Assembly (NCBI GenBank): GCA_030141605.1
Contig: JAQGDQ010000576.1
Span: forward strand, 72,985 to 136,984
Source of the DNA: Tubiluchus corallicola
Taxonomy: Eukaryota > Animalia > Priapulida
Length of the DNA stretch: 64,000 nt
Direction: 5' to 3'
Part shown: in pieces, positions 12,477 through 24,400 of the stretch
Position numbering within the stretch: the stretch's first letter is position 1
Layout of the letters: every line of letters begins with the position of its first letter
The notes under the pieces: generated by a model
Told to the model about the DNA's origin: nothing
Database searches by the model: none
Seen by the model: only the letters and a program-made list of their open reading frames with translations
Position numbers and translations under genes: made by a program

Positions 12477-15400
12477 GGGCAAAATGAAAAGCAGACAGGG
12501 AAGTAATACATGAAAGTAAATGGATTTCCGCCATGTTCATTAGTATTGTGTGTAATTAATTTATCAAATTTTGTAAAAATATGAATTACTTGACACATTT
12601 GGACAGAACTTTTGCTGCAAAATCACCAGAATTCAACTACGACAACCACTAATAACTAATAAACGACTACAGTTTATGTTCAACGTAAGAAGCCATGAGA
12701 TGAAGAAACACCCGAAAAATTGCGACACATTTTAGATTTGAACCCACGACCTTGTGAGTAAAACTTGCACGCTCTACTATCGAGAATAAAACCCTACCTG
12801 AATTCTCATCCTTACAATACGCAACCAAAACAGCGTAATTGCGAAATTGTCCGTAAATTTCCATACCATTTGGTGGACTACTCATACTCAATACAAATTA
12901 TCATGGATGGAGATTCCAATTTCACTTAGTGACTATTAACTCAAAGTTTATGAAAACTTCAACAAAAATGTGCAAGATTTTCTTTACCTGAACGCCAGCA
13001 GCCAATGCAAAGCCTCCGCCCAATAAGAAGAAGACGCCCCAGGGTAAGTTTTTGTGAACGGTCTCCCAGCCTATTAATCTCTTTCTTGGTGTTTTTGACT
13101 TGGTACCTGAAAATAAATAAGATTTCAGCGCTAGGAATGAAATGGTAAAGACAGTACTTTATAGCCATGACAGCACAGTTAAGAGAGCAGTCATGTGTAG
13201 AGTCCAAAGCCACGCCATTTCAGGCTGAGCTCCACTCGGTTTATTTCTACAGCCGATCTAGCCAATAAGAAACCCAGCTTTAGTCGTGCCAGCCGCTCAG
13301 TAATGGGAGTCGAGCTAGCGAAGATTTTCGCTCTTGTGAAAATCACGTGACACTACAAATCACTGAGTGAAATATGGCAAATGCATCGCAGATTCACCCC
13401 GGATTGTGAGTGTTGCTAGCAGAGATACTAAACTTTAACTATCTTTGAACGAGAGCGCTGTTCAATTCAAAATTGAGTAGTAAATGTAGTAGCAACTGAC
13501 TCAGCTTCAGCTGAGCTAGCTGATTTACAGTGTGAGTCAGCTGATGTTGTGGCAACTGACTCAGCTTTAGCCGAGTTAGCTGATTTATTGTGTGAGTCAA
13601 CTGATGTAGTAGCAACTCACTCAGCTTCAGGTGAGCTAGCTGATTTATTGTGTGAGTCAGCTGATGTCGTGGCAACTGACTCAGCTTCAGGTGAGCTAGC
13701 TCATTTATTGTGTGAGTCGGCTGATGTAGTAGCAACTGACTCAGCTTCAGCTGAGCTAGCTGATTTACAGTGTGAGTCAGCTGATGTAGTAGCAACTGAC
13801 TCAGCTTTAGCCGAGTTAGCTGATTTATTGTGTGAGTCAACTGATGTAGTAGCAACTCACTCAGCTTCAGGTGAGCTAGCTGATTTATTGTGTGAGTCAG
13901 CTGATGTCGTGGCAACTGACTCAGCTTCAGGTGAGCTAGCTCATTTATTGTGTGAGTCGGCTGATGTAGTAGCAACTGACTCAGCTTCAGCCGAGCTAGC
14001 TGATTTACTGTGTGAGTCAGTTGATGCAGTAGCAACTGATTCGGTTTCAGCCTCTAACCATATGACAACCAGAACCTAGCTTATCCTCCAAAATTTTACA
14101 AGGTTGCAGCCATGGAAACAATAGCAACATTAAAACTAAACCATTTATCACTCTATTTATAAAAAGATTAGTTAATTAATAGCGAAAAATAGGACACAAT
14201 TTTCTAAATTTGCAATTAGTAGTTAAACAAACTAAGATTATTAACACGAGTACATACCGTCAGATGTGTCGTCACGGCAACGGAAGCTAGGACGCTCCGC
14301 AGGACATAAAAACAATACCAAAACAATCAATATTGCAGCTGTGCCGTCTGTGACATACCTACATGAATGTAAGCAGATTTAGCTGTAAAAAATAAGCTAA
14401 TAATAATAATAATAATGACATTTATTTTGCATAGCATCTAAATCTATAAACAGCACAACGGACAATACACAAAGATACTTCACAAAGATATTTAAAGGTT
14501 TACAAAATTAAACAGCAATCCTACTAAATTTCATAAAACTACAAAAAGTAAATACATAAAAAACACACAGATTCATAAAATACAAGCGTACAACGACAAA
14601 TCGAAATTTAATTGCTTCAAAGATTGTATGCTATTTTAAATAAGTATGTTTTAATCTGTATTTTAAAAGTGCTCGTGTTCGAGTGTGCTGATGTGGATAG
14701 GCAGGCTGTTCCACAGAACGGATCCTGCAGCAGAAAAATGACATAGTGGAACAGCGCATTGTAGGAAGTGTAGGAACCGTAAGCAAAATGTTATCATATG
14801 ACCTAAGATTATACAAGGTTCACATACTCTGATTCAAAGAGATTTCCCCATCCCGACGTGAAAGATGGCGATCGTGTCAAAAATAAAATAATTAACAGGA
14901 TAAAATTTGCAAGTACAACACCTTCCGAAAACCTGCAAAACACAATAAGAAAATCGTTAAACAAAGAAAATGAAAATAAACTATTTTTTCTACATAGCTT
15001 TCCCCCACTCAAGCCACCTGGCAATATGTATGGGAATAATGCACACAATAACTACGGCCAAATCACGTTGAAAATACCGGTTCTCGTCTGATCACCGAAG
15101 TTAAGCAATGTAGAGCCTGGTTAGTACTTGGATGGGACCGCCTAGGAATACCAGGTGCTGTAGGCTTGCTAGATGCCCACACTGTATCTCGACACTAGGC
15201 GGAGGAGCTGCACAAGCAGCCAATGGCTACAGGGCGGAGGAGGTCAAGTGACCAAACGGCCATGTGTAAAGGAGTAAACCTTCCAAATCAGGAGTGGAGC
15301 CCCGAAGGCGGACCAGTGCAGCATGTTCACTGACTCCGGCAGCTCCTGCAGCCAACCTGGTGCCAAACGTATCGCTCCGCTTTCCTTTGGACTGCACCAG

Positions 15401-18400
15401 GGAGGAAGAGAGGGGGTTCCTGTTGTCTGGGCAACTCAGGATCTCCATACACTTTGCCCAGGCGTGCTCACTGACTCTGGCAGCTCCTGCAGCCAACCTG
15501 GTGCCAAACGTATCACTCCGCTTTCCTTTGGACTACACCAGGGAGGAAGAGAGGGGGTTCTTGTTGTCTGGGCAACTCAGGATCTCCATACACCTTGCCC
15601 ATGCGTGCGCCCTGGAGACGTTCAAGGATCGCACTGCTCAGCCACAGTCGACGCTGCAGCTCCATCAATGTGATCAATAACTGACTCTCTTGACGCACAC
15701 TCCATTGTCTTCCAAGACAGAAGGATGCCAACAAATAATTATATAATACAGAGCTTGCATTTATGATACCTGGCTTAGATAAGCCTTATAAGAAGTTTAT
15801 AAGTTTAGATTGAAACAGCCGTTATCAGGTGAATTTGAATCAAGATTAACCTGCATGGAAAAATTACAGCCTGAGCAGCTCTACACAGATTTGCTCAGGT
15901 TGTGGGAACAGCAATAGATGAATCCTAGCAGCAGAGTTGAACTCATTCATGTGAATCCATGATTGAGGCCTCGTATTAATTCAAAACATTTTCTTTCCTA
16001 TTCACTTTTTTATAAACCTCAATAGTAAGATTTTCACAGTGTCTTCATAATGTAGTTAAAATTTAGATTATATATATATAATGTGGCATCAATATTCTTA
16101 AATGTTCATTTTACGTCATTTTCCTGGTTTTAATGATGGTTAAAAGATGTCAGTTCGGACTTACATAGCTAGTCGATATAAGGAAAAATGATATTTACTT
16201 CATTTCAATAGGTTAGCAAACATCTGGAAAGGTGCAAAAAATGGATAAAGGCTTGTGGACGACCACTGGTCAGCTAAATGCTGAATATATAGTTGCGTTT
16301 GTATGTTCAAAACCAAGAGACTTTGATAAACATTTTTGTTACCCGTTTGTCTTAATGCTAGGCTTACAGGGTTAGTTCTATTGCAAAAATGACAGGATTT
16401 GGCACTCGTGTTTTTGCAGTTCTTTGAAACTTTGTCGCTGCACTCCACTTAAACTGTAAAGCCACTTCTTGGGTATGTTAATTTCTTGTAAAAATAACTG
16501 CTGCCTTGCAAAATTTGTGTGTGCAAAAGTACAAGCTGTTTATCTGCCGATTAGAAATTAGTTGTTTACTAAAGAGTTGTTGTTTAAAGTAAGCCGATGT
16601 CTCGATTTCCAGAGAGTGCTGTGGAAGTTGTAACTGTATATATTTAGGTGCTGCCATCTATTGACTAATCACTTTACATTTTACTAGCTAAACTCACACG
16701 CAGTATAATTGTTCGGTCCAGTGAAATTGCATACGCACTGGATCTCTCCCTATTTTACTGTAATGGTATTTGTAAAGTTTGCATAATTACCTATACCTAT
16801 ATATACTGACTGGATTCTACTTCTAGTCACTGTCTCACTCTCAGTGCAGTGCAGAAGTCATGCTAGTTGTGATACTCGTGTCACTTACTGTCTAACTCTC
16901 AGTGATCAGTGCAGGACACTCTGGTCCTCAGTGTAGCAGTCATTCTACATGTGTGTATGTAGTCTAATAAACGTTTTCAGTTTTGTGCAGATATGTAGTA
17001 TAGTGTTTTATTCTTTTTCTACAAAGTGTTCAACTACAACCTCATACATGACTTTCACAAGTGCATTTACATAACAACGAAGGCGGAACGATAGACTGAT
17101 ACATTTGACATCAATTACGTTTTCTAGCAACATTAAGTTATAAGAATTTTGTACTTGAATGGTCCAAGTGCATTGTACTGTTCTCTAATTGCTCTGCTGG
17201 GCGTGTTCTGCACAGGTTCATTGTCGTCGTGGCGACAACCACAAAGCTTTCTGAAAAATAACGTTTATGTTATAACTCAGTTACGTTCAACAAAGTTTTA
17301 CCATCTTCGCAAACTTTTAATCTAAGAAATATCATAATGGAAATAAAAAAACAACTATGTTCTTCTTCAATATTTTGTACATTCAATTTTTTGAACTTTC
17401 GTTTATAGTTGGGTTCTGTTTCCCTTTAAGTGTGTTGTCGGTTGAAACGTTTGTCTAAAACAAAACTGGACCCAATCTTAAACAGCAGGTCAAAGCAATC
17501 TACTCTTTAAAACATTGAAAGGAAACATACTATTTTTTCAAAAAATGACTTACGTGAAAGAATTATTACCATATAAACACAAGTTAGATTAGATTTTAGA
17601 TTTAGATTTACTTCGCAATAAACATATACGTATACATTACATTACATGTGCACGATAATCAGGTTTTGTTAATACAAAAATATGATACAATTCATGAATT
17701 CTGCGCGAGAGACCTAAGAAGCTAGCTTATGGTAGGCCACTAGAATTAGTTACAAAAAAATTACATTAAAAGTTTGTGTTTGAGCCACTGGTTCTTCACT
17801 GTTACATGTATTTCGCCATTCGCTAGTTAGACGGACAGTAGCGCCTGTATTTCGAAAACGCAATGTATAAAAATAGGTGCTGTAACTCTCCGTTCATGTG
17901 TTAGTTTGTGACGAAACTGCACACGTTCGACAGCTCATGCGTGAGCACAGCCGTAAATTTGGAAATTGAATTTTTATCTTAATAAAACTTGCCTAGTTTT
18001 AGTATAGCACACTGGATATCTGACAGTAGCACTGTACTTCAATTTTCGCTTTCGCAAACACATGGAACACGCTCGTGGAATATTTTTCCTGTTGAAAATT
18101 GTGTTAGTTTGTGATGTATTCAACCGTTGGGCTCGCCCACCGTTAATTAAGATTTTAATCTATTATTTAATTATCACAAACGCCTTTGCAGTATTAATTG
18201 TGCTAAAATGTATACTCCACTGTAAATGTAAGTAAACCTCACTTACTTGAAACCGAAGAAGTAAAACTGTAGCCACAACCAGGCAATGGTGATGCAGACT
18301 AGAGCATTGGGTAGAGCGAACAACATCCAACTTGTGAACGAAATTTCAACTCCATAAATGCTGTAACAGAAAGAGTTTTCAACTCAGAAAAAATTTGATC

Positions 18401-21400
18401 TTTTTACATTTCGAACGACAACACATACAGCCGCAGAGTTTTGCTGAAATTATTAATCTAATTAAATTTAACATTAAAGCTATCAGGTATAAATTGTTGT
18501 CCTCATTCGACCAACTTGACATCCCAGAAAGAAGAACAAGCTAGGTAAAAATCTAGATGCAGTGCCATCTATTGAGCATCCAAAACACCTGCTTTTTTAT
18601 TAGATGCAAGATCGCTAGTTGTTACATTGGATATACAGTTGACCCTCGTTAAACCGGACCCCGTTAGCCCGGATATCGGATAAGACGGACGTCATCCGTG
18701 GTAAAGGAAACTGACCGATTTCCGTCCGAGCCGTAGCGCTAAACACAACACGGCCTACCAACTCACCATGAGCCATTGACGGGCCAAAGCCATTTTTTAT
18801 TTAAACTGTACAATAATTTCTTTATCCTCACAGGCTAACTATTTTAAAGTAATATACAGTATAGTATATAGTGCTATGTATATAGGCCTTATTAAGGTGA
18901 TTATTCCTGTATAATATAGACCATGTATAGGCATATCGGATAAATTGGATAATCGGCTAAACCGGACCCCCCCCCAATTAGTCCGGTTTAAAGAGGGTTG
19001 ACTGTATTGAGGCAGTGAGTGTACAAGCAAAAGTGTCACAGGTAGAACCCAACGACTAACACTTCCCATATATCATTTGATATGAACGTCTGACCCAGAT
19101 TAGAACTGTCTAATTTCTACATTTCCTTAGATACCTCTAAAATGCTAGCATGCTAAACAATAAATGAACTCACGTTTCAACTTGTCCGGCTAGAATCAAA
19201 TTCGGAAATGTTCCGTACAGGGTGGCCGTTCCACCAATGTTAGCTGAGTAACAAATACACAGCAACATGGCTTTGCACATTGTACTGTTCTCAATGCCCT
19301 AATAAATATCACATTATTATTTCCTTCCACATAATTATTATTGCATATTACATATAGCTGTTACATATTTCTTCCGTAAACCGTGAGATTAATGCGTGAT
19401 AAAAACGTTTGTAAATTTTTCGAGGAAGGCCAGGCGCAAAAATTTCCACGCACATAGATTACGCTCTAATATTTAAATCACAGCTTGGTTTGAAGCAACA
19501 TGTCGACCATATTTGAAGGTAACTGCTAGTTTATAAAACCACGAACAGCTGGACAATGCCAATACATTTAGCAGTGCCAACACACGCGTCAGTGAGTAGC
19601 ATTAGGATTACGATAGGATAGGTTACCAAAATTGGGATGAAATATGCGGATCAGTTCAGATAATGAAAAATTAGTAAACGCTTGCAAACTTTAGCGTTTT
19701 TATTTAGTCTATCATCTGAAAGGACCTTTCCTGAAGGGTATTATAACGGGTATGAAAGGGTTAAGATTCTTATTAGGACAGTTCTTATAAGATAGAAACG
19801 CTTTGCTTAAAGATAAAAATACTAAAAAAACCACAGAGCACTAAACAGTTTACATGTGGCATTTGTTATCCCAGCAAATCTTTAGGAAAACAAAAAATAG
19901 CAACTGACGACATCTTCGCCTAGGACCGCGTACTAGAAACATGTTTATGCAACGATAAAAATAATCACAGTGAGAAGTACATGTAGTTTAAAAATTCTCA
20001 GCCCGAATGACCTAGATGAAAGATGAACCGTAAAGAAACTGAATTTGAAAACTTCGACAAACGTGCAACATTAGAAGTTTTATCTCCAAAACATTTAGAA
20101 GAATAAAAACCAAAAATGTTTTAGGTTTTACGTTAAGGCCACCCCGGTAGAGAACCTTGCCCTTTGATTACAATCACATTCTAAACATTTCATACTAAAT
20201 TACCTACCACACACAAACATAAAAAAGAGGTGTATAAAATTTTCATCTTCGCAGGCTAAAAGAATCTCTAAGTTTTTTGGTAATATTTTATTTACCGTAT
20301 TTTCCCATGTATAAGAGACCCTTTTTTGCTCAGAATTTTCACTTTAAAAATAGGGGGTCTCTTATACATGGGAGTAAGCCTCCGACTCCAATCTGACACC
20401 AACTGGCAAGGTAAGAAAGCCAACCCTTGGAGAAGTCTGCAGCTGGGTCCTCAAGGCATGGAATGGTGTAAAGCCAGAGGTCATTATTAAATCTTTCAAG
20501 AAGTGTGGCATCTCCAATGCCATGGACGGCACAGAGGACAATGCCATTTTTGAGCAGAGTGACTCCTCTGATGATGAACTGGCTGGAATTGCTGAAGGTC
20601 TGACTCCAGTTGATATTTTTGATGAGAGTGATGAGGAATTTAATGATTTCTATGATGAATAAAGTTATTCATTACCGAAAAACTTTTTTCCAGAATTTTT
20701 GCCTAAAAATTGAAGGGGTCTCTTATACACAAGGGTCTCTTATACATGGGAAAATACGGTAGTTATTTTCCGCTGTTAAATTATTCGAAAACCGTTTTCA
20801 ATTGCACGTTACGAAAACCGGATAGCAAATATTTGCGGGATAAAAACTTTTAAAACTACCGGATGATATCAGATACGAGTACCTGCAAAATTTTGAGAAT
20901 ATCACCATTTTTGGACAATAAAAATAACAAATCATTATTAGTCTAGAATTGATACCATTATGTTTGTTTCATTTTACACATTAGTAAAACAATGGCTAAA
21001 AATTTTCTAAAGCAGCATCCTCGCTAATTTTAGCTACACGCCGCCATTATTGATGACCCTTACACTTCGTCTTTTCACACCCCATCTGTAGCAGACTTAG
21101 CTCTTCTTTTGTTGTTGTTAATCTTACTTATCGTGCACGAGGCGACATCTGTGACGTGAATGTAAAGCTTTTGGTTTTGGCCAGCTTTTCTGTTTGTTAC
21201 CTGCTAGTCACCTGTCTGTGATTACACACCTGTGCTCTGAACAGTCAGGTTAACCCACTTTATGGGATCTGTTGGACATTTATGTTATGTTGGACATACT
21301 GATTATGTTAATAAAGCATTCAGTGGTATTAACCTCTGTTTACAGTGTTTTCTGTGATTACACCATCTACCGTTGAATGTTATTATTATTGTTTTCTTAC

Positions 21401-24400
21401 TTGTTTTTACAGTTAATAAGACTAATAAACAAATGGTAGGGGCTAAGTGAGCGAGTGTTTGTGAGAACGTGTGTTACGTCGTCAAGGTGGGCGGGGCTAA
21501 GTGAGCGAGTGTTTGTGAGAATGTGTGTTACGTCGTCAAGGTGGGCGGGGCTAAGTGGGCGAGTGTTTGTGAGAACGTGTGTTACGTCATCAAGGTGGGC
21601 GGGGCTGGTGACAATGGGCGAGTGTTTATGAGAATGTGCGTTACGTCATCAAGGTGGGCGGGGCTACATGCTGGTGACAATGAGCGAGTGTTTGTGAGAA
21701 CGTGTGTTACGTCATCAAGATGGGCGGGGCTACGTGCTGGTGACAATGAGCGAGTGTTTATGAGAATGTGTGTTACGTCATCAAGGTGGACGGGGCTACA
21801 TGCTGGTGACAATGAGCGAGTGTTTACGAGAACGTGTGCTACGTCGTCAAGGTGGGCGGGGCTGGTGACAATGAGCGAGTGTTTGTGAGAACGTGTGCTA
21901 CGCCGTCAAGGTGGGCGGGGCTACGTGGTGGTGACAATGAGCGAGTGTTTGTGAGAACGTGTGCTACGTCGTCAAGGTGGGCGGGGCTGGTGACAATGGG
22001 CGAGTGTTTATGAGAATGTGCGTTATATTGAACATCACACGAGTTTGAACGTGTGAGAATCACTGAACATAATAATACAAATATTAATAAATCAATTACT
22101 TGTGTGAATCCTGGTACAACAACGAAGTCCTGACTAGAGGATGCTTCACAAACAGCCTCTCCTGGTGGCAAGACTGCCAAACGATCCGAATTTTCTAACA
22201 ATTCAATGGTGTCCCTATGTCGTATGCTACCATTTCTGTGGAACAATATGCAAATGATTACATATAGACATAGACACAGACATAGACATAGACATAGACA
22301 TAGACACAGACACAGACATAGACATAGACATAGACATAGACATAGACATAGACATAGACATAGACATAGACATAGACATAGACATAGACATAGACATAGA
22401 CATAGACATAGACATAGACATAGACATAGACATAGACATAGACATAGACATAGACATAGACATAGACACAGACATAGACATAGACATAGACATAGACATA
22501 GACATAGACATAGACATGGACATAGACATAGACATAGACATAGACATAGACATAGACATAGACACAGACATAGACATAGACATAGACATAGACATAGACA
22601 TAGACATAGACATGGACATAGACATAGACATTTTTATTTATCTCCTCATTTACACGTGTATACAAATTGACTACTATTGTTATAGTTATTGATTAAAAAG
22701 GATAAATTAAGCATAAAGGAAAGAGTTAAGGGGGTGCAGGAGAAAGGGTAGCGAAAGACCAATTGGTCATCGAGTCAGCTACCCTTCTCAGGTTAGTGAA
22801 AATTGTAAAAAATTTGTAGTGCTGCTGTTAACATGAATTTATGGGGGGATACATTAAACATGAAAGCGAAATAACTAAATAAACTATGCAACAAAGAAAT
22901 TAAATGAAAAATATGAAATGATGATTAACAAAATATGTAAAGCATTTAACTAACTGATTAAAACAAAAGCTAGAAAAAAGTCAAACCAAAAAAAAACCAT
23001 AAATAATAAATCAGTGAATGAAACAAAATATGTATAATAAACTCAAACAAAATATAATGAAGCAAAGATATGCAATCGTGTCAAATTAAGCGTAATGATA
23101 AAATACTATGCAACGCAAGAACTAGTGCAGAAAAATGGAGCAAACAAAATATGTAGTGAATTTTGAGTATGTGACTAAATAGACAATATGGCTCAAAAAA
23201 TATAATAAAACTTAATGATAACTGTGAAACAATGAGCAAAATAATCATAATAAAGTGAATATATATGAAGCGAGAAGAGCATAATATGGAAGTAAAAACA
23301 GAGCAACATTAAATTCTAAACGTTAACTTAATAATTTTCATCAAAACACAAACATTAGCAGCATACCAAAGATTATGAAAGTTGTGATTTACTATAAAGT
23401 TTCTCTAAATGTTTGATCCTGTTATATCTCTCAAAATATTATAGGTTTTGCATGTCAAATGTAGACCTACATTAACTCAAATGTAGATTTAGGTAATTCA
23501 AATGTGTGCTGGTAACTCAAATGTAGATTTAGGTAGTTCAAATGTGTTAACAATGGTCTTAAACAATTGTAGACACGTGTCAAGTCAAAGGTGACATTTG
23601 TATCTCAAATGTGGATAGGTGGTAAAGTTTCAGGATGTAAAATTTAATCTTCTTTAATTTCAATTTAATAATTGCTCCTAAGTTAAAATAACAACGTTAT
23701 GGGCCTACTAATAGATGCACTATCTTTGGTTTATCTTTTTCTAATTTGCACTTAAATAACTTAATTACCGATTTATTCAAAGTAATGCATCTACATTTGA
23801 CTTACCTAAGTCACATTTGAGTTACCAAAACACATTCGAAATTCCTATGTCTACATTTGACTTGCCTAAGTCACATTTGAACTTTCCTGTGTCTACATTT
23901 GACCTACCTAAGTCACATTTGAACTTTCCTGTGTCTACATTTGACCTACCTAAGTCACATTTGAACTTTCCTGTGTCTACATTTGACCTACCTAAGTCAC
24001 ATTTGAACTTTCCTGTGTCTACATTTGACGTGTAAAACCTATAGAAACTTAACTGCCACTACATAAGAGCTTAAAGCATAAGAAAAGAATCTCCATAAGT
24101 AAAGATAAAAAATTTGTCCTAACTTCTGTACCACTTACAAGCTGTCTTGTTGCATACAGAGCATGCGTTAGCACTAACTCTATATAAATCTTGTAATTTT
24201 AAACTCCCATGATGACTGTTAGTTGCAGAAATTTTACAAGAAGTTCATATAATATTACGTTAAAACACAAGAAAACCCTTCATAAACAAAAGGTTGAAAA
24301 TGCGTTTTGAAGTTTTATACCACTTACATACTGCCTTTTTGCATGCAGAGCTTGAGTCGGCAGTAATGCTGTATAAAACTTGTACATTTAAAAAACTCAC

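Noticed and set aside
11610-12598. His/Thr- and Cys/Val-rich ORFs up to 298 aa
   Set aside because: Translations of CA/CATA microsatellite; only 11588-11749 (minus) is a real exon.
12724-12790. tRNA gene on the minus strand (ggtcgtgggttcaaatc B box)
   Set aside because: Stems do not close; at most a degenerate tRNA-SINE head.
13439-14079. Leucine-rich repeat-like ORFs on both strands
   Set aside because: 60-bp minisatellite inside intron 11 with no splice support.
15294-15680. Recurrent [17 protein letters not shown].. (also at 37585 and 48907)
   Set aside because: GTG-started chance frames in the GC-rich SINE body with no recognisable domain.
22206-22670. Poly-HR, poly-MS and poly-VY ORFs
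   Set aside because: (GACATA)n retroelement tail.
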